Below, piece by piece: positions 1 to 12,150 of a stretch of 64,000 nucleotides of DNA. The position numbers and the translations under genes were made by a program. A model generated the notes under the pieces. That model was given only the letters and a program-made list of their open reading frames with translations. It made no database searches and had not been told where the DNA came from. The stretch is from Nemertoderma westbladi (taxonomy: Eukaryota > Animalia > Xenacoelomorpha): contig JAUCBJ010008427.1 of the NCBI GenBank assembly GCA_032718475.1, positions 1 to 64,000 on the forward strand. The letters are read 5' to 3'. Positions within the stretch are counted from its first letter, which is position 1; each line of letters opens with the position of its first letter.

Positions 1-17
1 ACAGTGCGAAATTTCTA

Positions 18-101
18 CAGCCTTTAGTCGGATTCGAACCTGCGCCACCAAACACTATTGTGTAAGCAGTTCAGGCGCCGTATCCACTCGGACACTGCGA
101 C
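18..101 (-). mobile_element. tRNA-derived SINE head or tRNA(Ser)-like pseudogene
   Basis: Minus strand has an A-box TGTCCGAGTGG, a B-box GGTTCGAATCC, a CT-GCT-TA loop and a long variable region. The acceptor and T stems do not close, so it is not a functional tRNA. Confidence 0.55.
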
Positions 102-766
102 ATCTGTATTATGAACAATGGAGAATTTAATTTTATTCATTTGTGAGGAATTATTTGTAGTTATGCTCTTAAACTTTCTGGTACAACCAAATAATGACGT
201 GGTGACATACTGGAAATACTGTTCATTGTAAATGTATGGCGTGGAGATATGGTAGTGCGAAATTATTATTATTATTTTTTTTTATAAATATAGGCCCTAA
301 TAGATAAAAAAAAGGATAAATTAATTGTAGATAGAATAGTTGGTGATAAAAAAAACGTGTCAGAATTAACTTCTTGACACAAATTTAATTTAACCGAAAT
401 TCAGATGTTCTGCCCTCGTGTATTGAATTTTGCATTCGATGGCCTTTTAGGTGCAATTCCTGCAAAACCTAAAAGCATAATTGGGAAGCATAATTGAATT
501 TGGTAAATTAAAATTAGTGACAAAAAGTACTTTTTTCCAAGACTGTATTCTATCGGAGAACATTACTTTCTCAGCAAGTCCAAATCTAGATCAGAAATAT
601 TATATCTTTGCACAAAGCCCACACTTTTGGTCTGTTATATTTCTCAGCAAGTCCTGTAAAGATAAGTAGGCCTACCGTGCAAAACCTACCCTACAGAATA
701 TAAATAACACATTCCCACGATCCGATCAAAATTGCTAAATGCCTACAGGAGCCTAGTCAGCCTTAA

Positions 767-1823
767 GGGGGCCAACTCTAACCACCACAGAAATGAAATT
801 TTCAAAATTTGCACAATTTTTTTCTATTTTAATAGAAGGGCTTTCATAAGGTGATATCGGTATTCAACATTTAATTATTTTTTGACCTCAAAACTGCTCT
901 TTTCAACAACATAATATATTGCTGATATTTATGACTCTCTGTATAAAACAACCTTTTTATCAGTTTGTCGATTTTGACTTTTTTCATCACTAAATTCCCT
1001 ACTACTATTTTATTTTTTACTCAATTGCCATCAAACATATACCAAAATGTTCAGCAGCTTTAGGACTACTATCGTTGGTTTTGTAAAACATGGCCATTTG
1101 GATCTTCTAGAGCCGATTTTGTAACAATTTTTTTTGCACCTAATTTTGAAAAAACCGACCTGCTCAAAAAGTGCCATATTTTTCGAACAAACGGTTTATG
1201 AAGCTATCTATACTCAGTTTTCATAGTATATAAAAGATCACAGATCATTGTGTTAAAGTTTCAGAATAGTAGCTTTACAAATTAAACAAATAGATTTTGG
1301 GTAATGCAGTAATGGTCCCATTAATTTATTAAAAAATTAAAGCTTGAGAAATTCTACCAAAACCATTACACTTTTTATAGCAAAGGTTTTATATGCCGTT
1401 TAGTAATGTTACAATTCTTGATGAAAACTATTTTTGCAAAGTAGGCCTACTTATTATTAAAGTACTTAGTAGTTATTTGCAGTCAGTCATCCAACGAAAA
1501 TACTTTATATTTCCTTCGCAACAATTTCACAATTTCAGTTGTTTTTAGCAGCTTTTTATTTTTAAAGGGTTTGCGGAAAAATATCAATTTTCGGGCCATT
1601 TTTGGAAATTACTAAAATGTGCCTTAGGGCCACCAGAGGCTTAATCCGGCACTGGGGGGGGGGGGGGGGGGGGGGGCAGGTCCGCAGCTTGTACAATGAT
1701 GTAGTAATAGTCCACAACAAGAGAGGGTATGGGATCACTGGGGTTATATTGATGCCTTGTCTTACAACGACCTGTGAGCAAAAGTGTGGTTTGTCTTGTC
1801 GGCCGGATGGTTAAAACCCTCCA
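767..1823. mobile_element. possible non-autonomous TTAA-flanked DNA transposon (Kolobok-like)
   Basis: TTAA at 763-766 and 1824-1827. The ends are only weakly inverted (a G-rich start then TAACCA). No coding capacity. Confidence 0.35.
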
Positions 1824-2658
1824 TTAATTAAAAATGAATGAGCATAATTGAATAAGTATTACTAACCCAATTTGATTTTTAATATTTAAAAAATTATAAT
1901 TACAATACGTTAAACTGAATTAAAAAATACGTAACTAATGATGTACATAACATAGTTTACTTTAAAACAAATTAGGTTTTCAATAAAATTACCTTATCAG
2001 AGTATTAAAATTAAATTACGTAAATTTTTAGAAGGTATTTTAGGGGGTGCGCTGGCGCTGGCGCTTGGATTTATTTATTTCTTTATTTACATTTATTAGT
2101 ATAATTAGAGACAGGGGCAGGAAGGAAGCTTGTCGAATTTACACAATTACTGTATAAGCAAATGCAATGCAACGGCAGCCATCGCGCTGCTACGTCAATG
2201 GAGGTCTTTGGCCTTGATTCTGATTTAAGGAACATTGAAACTAATTTCTAATATAACAATAATTTAAAAATATTCCAAAGGCTGTTTTTCTGAACTAGTT
2301 GTTGGTGTAATAATAGGCCCTGCCCTACAAGAACAAAACTCAGTCTGGGACACTACCACAACACCGCCTTGTAAATCCAATCGCTGTCCATCCACAAAGT
2401 CAAGCAAGCTCCATCCACCGCCCTGTCAATCACATCGCGGCTTGGCCATTAACAAAAGCCAGTTCTCGGCGGGAATCTGAGTTCAAAGGCATGCCGCAGA
2501 AGAGCGATGTAAACTGTTACCTTGAAATCATTTCAATGTCATTTCAATATGAGACAGAAAGTCTGGAATTTCGGTCCATCGATTTCAAGGTCATTTCAAT
2601 ATGCCATCAATGTCATTTCAATGTCAATGCTACTTTCAATGATATTCTATGGACACAT

Positions 2659-2777
2659 TTTGATCAAACTTTGATCAATGTTTGATCAAAGTTTGATCAA
2701 TGTTTGATCAAAGTTTGATCAATGTTTGATCAAAGTTTGATCAATGTTTGATCAAAGGAATGCTTTTTGAGAGCGGG
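2659..2777. repeat. 11-bp palindromic tandem repeat (TTTGATCAAAG/TTTGATCAATG, about 9 copies) ending in a GAGCGGG terminus; possible CACTA/EnSpm-type MITE end
   Basis: The repeat is visible directly, with core palindrome TTGATCAA. Only one putative terminus is present. Confidence 0.6.
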
Positions 2778-2781
2778 ACTG

Positions 2782-3782
2782 TAGGTGCTAAATCGTTACA
2801 CTTTTTAGATCTAAACATAACAATTGAAAATAATCAGTTAACAACATCAGTGTATAGTAAACCTACAGATTCACATATATATTTAAATAGTAAATCTGCC
2901 CACCCTAAATGCCAAATCAACGGAATTCCTAAAGGAGTTGCCTTAAGGTTGAAAAGAATTAACACAAAAGATAAAGACTACGTGACTCAAGGTAACGTGT
3001 ACAAGAACCACCTAATTAAGTGTGGACATAATGCAGATCATGTAAATACAGTCTTTGAAGAAGTTAGGAACATGCAAAGATCGGAAGCAAGAAATTATAA
3101 AGGAAAAAACAAAAGTATTAAAAATCCAACAGTTTTAGTAACAACGTATAACCCAATGGCTCCAAACTTTAAAAGACTTATCAATAAACATTATGGTATA
3201 TTAGAGTCAAACGAAATGGCAAGGAAAATACTACCACGAAACGAAATAATTGTTGCATATAAAAGAAACCCAAACCTAAAAGAACTTCTAGCACCATCCA
3301 ATCCATACAAACAATTATCATGCATTGATAATCCTGGTTGTTACAATTGTAGCGCTAAAAAGTGTGACTGTTGTGAAAATTACTTAATTGAAACCAACCA
3401 TTTCAAATGTGTAGCTACAGGCAAGACTTTTAAAATAAACAAACGATTAAACTGTTACTCGGAAAATGTAGTATATTTAGCTATCTGCATAGAATGCAAT
3501 TTACAGGGTGTTGGCTCAACAATCAATTTCAAGAAGAGGCTTGGATATTATAAATCTCATATAAAAAAAGGTGTGAAAAGTTGCAATATCGGCGTGCATT
3601 TCATTGAAAAACACAACAAATCCTCCAAAAACTTGAAATTTATTTTGATTGATCAATTACCAAGAAGGGACAACTGCGTAGAAACAATAAAGAAACTAAG
3701 AAAATCAGAACGATTTTGGATTGGTATGCTGCTCACTAATCTAAAGGGCTTGAACTCCTTCCATGACTACATTCAACAATAA
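2782..3782 (+). pseudogene. 5'-truncated upstream copy of the PLE ORF (RT thumb, Cys linker, GIY-YIG endonuclease)
   Basis: Translation is nearly identical to the C-terminal part of 6585..7799 (FLDL, VYSKPTD, CSAKKCDCC, NVVYLAIC...VGST, ERFWI). Confidence 0.9.
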
Positions 3783-3873
3783 AAACTTTATTATATTAAG
3801 TCTAGGTTACCTTAACAACAAACTAAGAATTACGATATTCTATGTAAACAAATTCAAATAAGAATAATAAAAA

Positions 3874-3918
3874 ATAGATTTGATAAAGGCTATGCAATAT
3901 AGCCGAAATATCATCTGT
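3874..3918 (+). ncRNA. minimal type I hammerhead ribozyme (U3-A8 variant) in the PLE pseudo-LTR
   Basis: Stem I ATAGAT/ATCTGT, core TTGATAA, stem II GGCTAT-gcaat-ATAGCC, then GAAA-TATC with a palindromic stem III and an AUC cleavage triplet. Confidence 0.75.
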
Positions 3919-4076
3919 AGAATAAAAACATCACTTTTCTTAAATACAAACAGTGGCATTTATTTCATTTGTCTTCATAATTACTAAATTTACAAATGCT
4001 GGGCAGTGCATATTATTCATATGTTATAAATATTATCTTCATTTATACACTGTTCCCTTTGAAGCTGTTTTGTATT

Positions 4077-7000
4077 ATGGACCAAAGTTTATGTTCCGTT
4101 CAGAAAGAATTATTACATTGTAGTGAGAAGTACGCACGATATAAACACCATGTTGAGTACCTAAGACATCACCAACGATGTGGAAGTATACCACTTGGTT
4201 TAAAAGTAAAATTTCATTGCGGCGCAACTGATAACATTTTATGTACAAAAGTCAATTCATCTTTAAAGAAATGTTCAAAAAAATTAATTAGTATTTTTTT
4301 TGAACCACAATAAGAGAAACATGGATGAGCTAAAGGCAAAACAAAACCAGATATTAAACAAGGTTACGAACAATGAAGACCGTATGGAACTAGAAAATAA
4401 ATTAATTGAGCGTATTACAAACCTTTCAAGTATTATTCCAAAAGAGAAATAAATAAATACAAACGCGATGGTCTATGTCTGCATTCAGAAGCAAAACTTC
4501 AACAACAAGATATTAGTGAGCAACTAAACGGGAAAAATATTAGTGTGCCTGTACATGTACAAGATAACAATATAAATATTAACGATGACAACATACTTGA
4601 ACTATCGGGAATATTGGACTCAGGCAATAACATAATAAATCAATATGAAGAGAGTGACAGCATAATAGAATTATCCGGAATATCAGACTCAGGCGAAAAC
4701 AAAATAAATCAACATGAAGACAGCAACAGCATAATTGAATTGTCATACAACATAGAAAATCAAAATAAAGACAGCATGATTATATTATCTGAAAGTGTAT
4801 TGTTTAAAGGTGATGCAGATAGTAATTTTAAAAGCACTATTGCGGAAATACCTATTTACGAAACGGATATTGACAGTTTAAAAGAGGAGGGATGGTTAAC
4901 TGACAATATTGTGGAAAGTTTGCTTAGATATTGGTGCGATTGCAACACGAATACTTTGAACAGAACATTCAACACACATTTTTTTGAAATATTAAACTCT
5001 GAACGTGGGGGATACAATGCCATAAAACAATGGACTTCAAAAATAAACATATTCAATTACGATGGTTTATACTTCCCAGTCCTTATGAATGGTAACCATT
5101 GGGTTTTAGTAATATTTAAACCGAAATCACGAAAAATATTTTACTTAGATTCTATGGGTGGACAAAATATAAAGATTATAAACAGTTTAAAATATTGGAT
5201 TAAAAAAGAGGCATTGAAAAACAACATTTTGGACATCGAAATCATAATAGAACCACCAATAAAAAGAGTACAATTTAATAGTTATCAATGTGGCGTGTAC
5301 GTATGCAAGTTCGGTAAAATGTGTATAGACAGTAGTGATGGTATTTACAACCTTTCATATGTAAATGACAACAATATTAATGTGTTTAGAAATAAAATGA
5401 GATCATTAGTAAATGATATTATGTCAAAAAATAATAAAGAAAGTCTAGGAAATTTGGAGAAATCCTTAAATGTTCTAGAACAGGAAAATGAAAGCATTGG
5501 AAATGTTAATGTAACAACAAATAGTAACGTAAAAGTATTTAATTTAACAGAACAAAAAATTGATCCCGGACTTATTAAATTATGTAGTTTGGGGCCTTTA
5601 TTTGTACCACAGCCAATGAGTGTCAATTGGGATGATATACAAAGAAATTAGCAAAATTTTAAAAGAAAAGTGCTATGGAAAGCGTTTTTTTATAAAGACA
5701 ATATGGAAGTAATTAATATAGAATCAGCAGACAAAGTTGACAATTCATTATTTCCACCACACATAGCATCAACACGAAATCCACCAAAATGCAATATTCC
5801 AGCAATCGAAGTATTTCTTGACAGTATTGAGAAAGATATTTTTAAAGATACTAAGTTAAAGAAAGTAAGAGACAACATAGATCCTCAAGAAAGAGAAGCG
5901 TTAAATAAATTTAGAAAAACAAACATAAATGATAAGGAATATATTATGAGATTACAAGACAAAGGAAATTCTTTTGTATTCATTGATAAGGAAACAGACA
6001 ACAAAAAACTAAAAGAGCAAATGGATTGTGGATCATTTAAAAAAGTTGAAAAAGACCCGAGTTTTACAATTTTAAACCAAATTACAAACTGGACTGAAAA
6101 ATGGAAAGACCTTGGACTAAGAAATAAATGGGTAAATTATATTTTATTAAACTCTGAACCTACACCGGGCACAAATTATCCAAGAATAAAACTACACAAA
6201 GAACAAGCACCTGCGCGTGTAATAACATCAGGTTGTGGTAGCGCAACAGAAAATCTTTCTCAATTTGTAGAAACATACTGCAAAAAGATAGCTAACACAT
6301 TACCACATCGGGTAAAAGATACCTCACACATGCTGGAAATAATAGACGAATTAAATTTACATGAAATTGCAAATAATGATATATTGATTAGTTTTGATAT
6401 TATTAATATGTTTCCTTCTATTGACAACAAAAACGGGATCAATATAGTTTCTAATAAATTAAAAGAAAATATACACTTGTTTGATATACCTTCTGACTGC
6501 ATTATTGAAGCATTGGAAATTTGCCTAAAAAACAACGTATCACAGTATCAAAATGAGTTTTGAATACAAACAGACGGCACTGCAATGGGACCCAAAAATT
6601 CTTGTTCTTACACTGACATAGTGGCAGGAGATATTGATATAAAAGTAATTAACAAGAAAAAAAGATACCCTGAATTAAGATGTTGGTTTAGATACAGAGA
6701 CGATATATTCTCCATATGGCGTGGTTCAAAAAGGCGTCTATTCGAATTCTTTAAGCTATTAAATACATTGGATCCAAAACTTAAGTTTACACTGGATATA
6801 GGTGCTAAATCGTTACACTTTTTAGATCTAAACATAACAATTGAAAATAATCAGTTAACAACATCAGTGTATAGTAAACCTACAGATTCACATATATATT
6901 TAAATAGTAAATCTGCCCACCCTAAATGCCAAATCAACGGAATTCCTAAAGGAGTTGCCTTAAGGTTGAAAAGAATTAACACAAAAGATAAAGACTACGT

Positions 7001-7799
7001 GACTCAAGGTAACGTGTACAAGAACCACCTAATTAAGTGTGGACATAATGCAGATCATGTAAATACAGTCTTTGAAGAAGTTAGGAACATGCAAAGATCG
7101 GAAGCAAGAAATTATAAAGGAAAAAACAAAAGTATTAAAAATCCAACAGTTTTAGTAACAACGTATAACCCAATGGCTCCAAACTTTAAAAGACTTATCA
7201 ATAAACATTATGGTATATTAGAGTCAAACGAAATGGCAAGGAAAATACTACCACGAAACAAAATAATTGTTGCATATAAAAGAAACCCAAACCTAAAAGA
7301 ACTTCTAGCACCATCCAATCCATACAAACAATTATCATGCATTGATAATCCTGGTTGTTACAATTGTAGCGCTAAAAAGTGTGACTGTTGTGAAAATTAC
7401 TTAATTGAAACCAACCATTTCAAATGTGTAGCTACAGGCAAGACTTTTAAAATAAACAAACGATTAAACTGTTACTCAGAAAATGTAGTATATTTAGCTA
7501 TCTGCATAGAATGCAATTTACAGGGTGTTGGCTCAACAATCAATTTCAAGAAGAGGCTTGGAAATTATAAATCTCATATAAAAAAAGGTGTGAAAAGTTG
7601 CAATATCGGCGTGCATTTCATCAAAAAACACAACAAATCCTCCAAAAACTTGAAATTTATTTTGATTGATCAATTACCAAGAAGGGACAACTGTGTAGAA
7701 ACAATAAAGAAACTAAGAAAATCAGAACGATTTTGTATTGGTATGCTGCTCACTAATCTAAAGGGCTTGAACTCCTTCCATGACTACATTCAACAATAA
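4077..7799 (+). pseudogene. PLE polyprotein: N-terminal domain, SIM-like repeats, Ulp1/C48 protease, RT, GIY-YIG
   Basis: ORFs 3996, 4545, 5670 and 6585 share one frame. In-frame stops at 5649-5651 (TAG) and 6561-6563 (TGA), and compensating frameshifts near 4295 and 4440. Protease motifs WLTDNIV, NHWVL, YLDS, QFNSYQCG. RT motifs DKG, FDIINMFPSI, GTAMG, YRDD. Confidence 0.88.
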
Positions 7800-7890
7800 A
7801 AACTTTATTATATTAAGTCTAGGTTACCTTAACAACAAACTAAGAATTACGATATTCTATGTAAACAAATTCAAATAAGAATAATAAAAA

Positions 7891-7935
7891 ATAGATTTGA
7901 TAAAGGCTATGCAATATAGCCGAAATATCATCTGT
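7891..7935 (+). ncRNA. second copy of the minimal hammerhead ribozyme
   Basis: Identical to 3874-3918. Confidence 0.75.
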
Positions 7936-8238
7936 AGAATAAAAACATCACTTTTCTTAAATACAAACAGTAGCATTTATTTCATTTGTCTTCATAATTA
8001 CTAAATTTACAAATGCTGGGCAGTGCATATTATTCATATGTTATATATAAGTTAAAATATATATATGATAAATTTATGACTTTTAATTTTGAAATCACAA
8101 TTCTTCCAATTACACTATAAGAGTGTTTCTAGAAACATACTTGTTTGTTACATGTTTCGAAGCGTTACAAAAACAATGTTTTAATAAAATTTTGCTGCAC
8201 ATAGTTCGTGCATCAATTGTCCAAAATTGTTTCTGGGG

Positions 8239-10188
8239 TTAGAGAAGTGAATTCTCATTTTCCAACGTTTGTAATGTTTCTCCTGTTACACCATCTATTC
8301 CAACAGTTCTGAATGTGTATGGTATCAGCATCAGTGGATGATTAGTCTTGAATGTTCCCGTGACCAAATAGGAGCTTATATGTTGACAATTGAGTTTTGC
8401 AAGGTTGTACATGATAGGCTGTCCTGCGATTCTGCAAGCAAATAAGAAAATGATTGTGAACCTACGGATTAATGGAGCGGTCTGGGTTTGTCTAATGTGG
8501 GATTAGAACCTAATCGATTCACCGAGTCACCAGCCAATGAGTGTGCCCAAAAATTTAAAAAACAGAGTATTGGATCGATTTGATGTTGGAGACAGAAATG
8601 TTGAAAACCGAAAAGCGAAAAGCTTTCAGTGGTGATTCAGAAATGAAATGAAATCATTTTGGAAAGTAGAAATATTCTTTCTGAATTTTCAGAAAGAAGT
8701 TTTCTCTCAGATGAGAGCAATATTTGGGTTTCCCAGTTTATAAATAATACACATTGAACTCGCTCTTATCGTGTGCACAAGTTTCAGAGTACCCGTGGTA
8801 AGATGCTGCTACAACATTCAGTCTACAGAACCAACCAGAACAGAGAAGCTAGGAATTTACTTTTTTTGCAAATTAAAATTGTTACAAAGCATGGTACTAC
8901 TACACCTTGTGCACACCCCTAGCTAATTTTTTTGAACTTGACAATACATCTTGCTTGGTTATTTAATAATGTTCTAGAACATAAATGGAATTATTTTTTG
9001 AAACAAAACATGTTCTAGAACATAATTTTCATGTTCTAGAACGTAACTGAGAATAGCTATTATTTTTCAACATTTTTAACAAATTGTTATATAATCAATT
9101 TACCAGACTGACATATGAATATTATTACGTCCAGTTTTATTTTAAATCACTTTCTGTTGTTTTAAATGCTCGAGAACATTATACTAGAGTAATTGGTTGA
9201 TAATGAGTTGTAATTAACAAGTTCAGAAATACTAGCTAGGAACATAAGTAACGTTCTAGAACATAAAATTATGTTGTAGAATATAATTTATATAAACAAA
9301 ATAATTCAAATGATGGTCTAGAACAATAATTGATCGCAAAATGTGGTGAAACAGCAAGTGTAAAAAATTTAGCTTGGGGTGTACACAAGGTGTAGTAGTA
9401 CCCAAAGCATTAGGTTCAAATCCCACATTAGGCAAACTCGGACTGCTCCTTTATTTCTAAAGGTGGCTCAATAAAAACACTATATATAACAAACTATAAA
9501 TCTTTTGCTACTCAATTCTTACCTCGAAAATCTGTACAGAACTTTTCCAATTGGGACCCCTTTGGAATTCAGATATGCATTGTCCACCCAAAACTTCGGG
9601 GTACGTGTCTGAGTGAAGCTTGATGACACGAATGGGCCGTGAGAATTGGGGGTGGGCCAATTATTTCTTCTAATATAATGTGTCTTCATGGTTTGCGGAT
9701 TGGCCACGCAGAAGAATTCTGGTGTGCTGGTATGGAATGATGGAGTGAGCAATCCGAGAAAATTAAATTTTGGAGCCCGTTAGATCGTTTTTGACATCCG
9801 ATATGTCGTATTTTGCCATAGATTTTCCTGGTACCACAGATTCTGATTGTGAAAGTTTGTACTTTAGTTTAATGTTAAAGAGGACCTTTTTGTGGTCTGG
9901 TGTGGGATTCACATCCGCACCGTGGATCTCATATCCACGTCTCACATTCTTGAAAGTTTCACTGATGACCTCTGATAGTATTCGTTTCACATTTCTAATT
10001 GTAATGTTCAATCCGACAAAGTACCGAAATGGTAGGTTTTCGTCCATGAAACTGTCCAAAGAAAGCGCCTCATTTTGGAGGCAATCAAGATACGGCGTGT
10101 ATAAAAGTTTCACTAAAATTTGTATGCTTTCTTTAACAGAGTTACAGAAATGTTGAACGGTCTTCTGTTTTTTTCTTGGAGGTTCCAT
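8239..10188 (-). pseudogene. unknown two-exon gene X of element Y (about 285 aa, N-terminal NLS-like PPRKKQK), copy A
   Basis: Exon 1 is 10188-9523 with donor GAG|GTAAG. Intron is 9522-8432 with acceptor TTGCAG|. Exon 2 is 8431-8239 and continues in frame (FSR-IAGQPIMY...ENSLL*). This copy has a premature stop at 9763 and a frameshift near 9680. Confidence 0.7.
8893..9402. mobile_element. MITE with 8-bp TSD (Merlin-like) in the intron of gene X
   Basis: TIR GGTACTACTACACCTTGTG(C/T)ACACCCC at both ends. TSD CAAAGCAT at 8885-8892 and 9403-9410. Confidence 0.8.
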
Positions 10189-10831
10189 TTCCACAGAAAT
10201 CACAAGTGAGTTTTCATAACGGAACTGTCGAGAAAGACATACATATGAAGTATGAGTGGTAATAAACGTTGAATCAAACAATTTTGACAGGAACTAAAGT
10301 TCTCGAATTGAGTAATTCTTTTGAAATGTAATACTGTTGTCTTGACAACAATTTTGCCTAGTGCACAGCCTTGCAATACAATACAGCCAAGTAGCTCTAT
10401 ATACTGTAGTGGAAACTGAACGGATTGTCAATTTTTTTCAATACCAATTAGAGTCAAGCTTTTTTAGCTGCACAAATGTATCAATTTTCATATTTAAGTA
10501 TAAACTCTCTTGTTACAACATGGTAAAATTAATCTAATTAAACCATTTGAATTCCGTTTGAACATTGCTAGATATCAATCATGTTGGAATTTGGTAATGT
10601 TAGAGGTATGGGAAATCCCAAAATAATTATAAAGAATGACGAAAAACAGCGTAAATATTGCAATTCATATCGTGGTAGTCAAGACACCCGCAAAAATAAT
10701 ATAAAGCTACTCTAAATATATAGAGCTACTGTACTTGATACAGCAATACTATACAATCCAAAACTCCAAAACAAAACAGAAGACAGTTTAAAATTTCTGT
10801 AACTCTGTTGAAGAAAGCGTACATCATTTAG

Positions 10832-11099
10832 ATTAGTTAGCTCAGTCAGCAAGGCGTCAACTATTGATATTTGGAGTGATTGTTTCGCGATGGCCGGTTC
10901 GCCCCCCCCCCCCCCCCCCCCTCTAATCCAAGCTGTGCTCCCTCCTCACCAGGCCATATCCGATTTATCAGGTGCTAGTGGATATCGGTGGTGAAGTGGT
11001 GGTATATTCCCCACGTGGTCGCTTATATACATAGGTCGCTTGCAGTAGTGGAGTGGAGTGTATACCATCAAGTCATCATTGGGTAGCGCTATAAAGCTC
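10832..11099 (+). mobile_element. tRNA-derived SINE (also at about 35075-35330 + and 39694-39952 -)
   Basis: A-box TAGCTCAGTCAG, B-box GGTTCG(A/C)CCC, and a 3' end GCGCTATAAA resembling L2-type tails. Present in all three Y copies. Confidence 0.6.
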
Positions 11100-12150
11100 T
11101 AAAGGGTGTGACAAAAAAAACAATCATTTTAAAATGGTCCATAAAAAATTTCTGTTGTGAGGTAGAACATCAAATTTTGGCACACATATTCCAAATTGGT
11201 TCTATTTTCACAAAATATGCATAATTTTATCCAAAATTTAGTGTAAATGCCAATGTCCCACATAGATTGGCGCCCAACGGTGTCCATGTGAGGTGTATAG
11301 AACAATAATACACGTCCGAGTTAATTCCATAATAAACATTATAATTGTAACAGACAATTTTACCGTACACAATAGGGTACATGCCTATGTCTAAACATTT
11401 GCAATAAATCATACGATTATACATAAACATTTGCAATAAATCATACGATTATACATAACAGGGTATCCTAAGACTTGTAGCCGAGTCATTTTGTAAAAAT
11501 TCATCCTGTAAATGGTATAAATCGGCCCTTAAATCTCGCCATTTAGCAAATCGCTCTGTGAGTATGAATGTATTTTAACGTCACAAGGTTGTTTCTGATT
11601 GTGCTGGTATATTTATTTCCCTCCTACACAATGCTGCTGGGGCTGCCTTCCCTTCCCAGTTATAACAGATGTTGAGATCGGTTATATAAAAGTTTTGTAA
11701 ACATTTTCTAGGAACTAGCATCCCACTGTTGCTATGGAAACCTCATCTGAAGTAATTCTTCATACCACCTGTAACTTGAGATTACTTTACTATATCGACT
11801 GGTTCTGGTGTGTGTGGGTTGGGGTTGCCCACTGCTCTTTTATATACGAGTAGGATTGCCGTATGATGTCTCGTTGCTATGGTAACATACATATTCGAAA
11901 AGTTAGATTTTGTTCTCCAGCCAGAGTGCACTGGACAATTTTTGCTCTCAACTCTGTCACGTTGGCGTTGGGTATTGCGAATGGCGATATTTTACCAAAG
12001 TTTCACCGATGTACCTAGATGGTTGCTATGGTATCACTAAGCAAACCTGAATGAGGGCTCCAATTGGATTCCAAATTGGGCTCCAATTATAATTTGTTTT
12101 CATTAATTATTTTAAATAATTGACAAATAGCTTATTCATCTCACTCACTC

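Larger units (their letters stand above)
2782..8045 (+). mobile_element. Penelope-like retroelement (C-terminal GIY-YIG, Neptune-like) in partial-tandem pseudo-LTR arrangement
   Basis: 2782-4027 is repeated nearly identically at 6799-8044 (offset 4017). RT motifs GTAMG and RYRDD, a Cys-rich linker and a GIY-YIG-like C-terminus. Confidence 0.93.
8043..12069 (-). repeat. partial copy A of element Y (inverted relative to 38773-43986)
   Basis: High-identity reverse-complement match to 38773-43986, minus the TTAA insertion. Direct match to 33967-36200. Confidence 0.9.

Noticed and set aside
18-101. Functional tRNA gene
   Set aside because: The A and B boxes are present but the acceptor, anticodon and T stems do not pair.
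2748-2781. N-terminus of the 344-aa ORF
   Set aside because: It comes from flanking repeat DNA. PLE homology starts at 2782.
5649-6563. Programmed readthrough or selenocysteine at the in-frame TAG/TGA of the PLE ORF
   Set aside because: Both are one change from TGG at plausible aromatic positions, the same copy has frameshifts, and I see no SECIS. Ordinary decay is simpler.
11227-11436. Short ORFs repeated at 11227, 35458 and 39321
   Set aside because: They lie in the non-autonomous mariner-like element, have no motifs and recur only because the DNA is duplicated.
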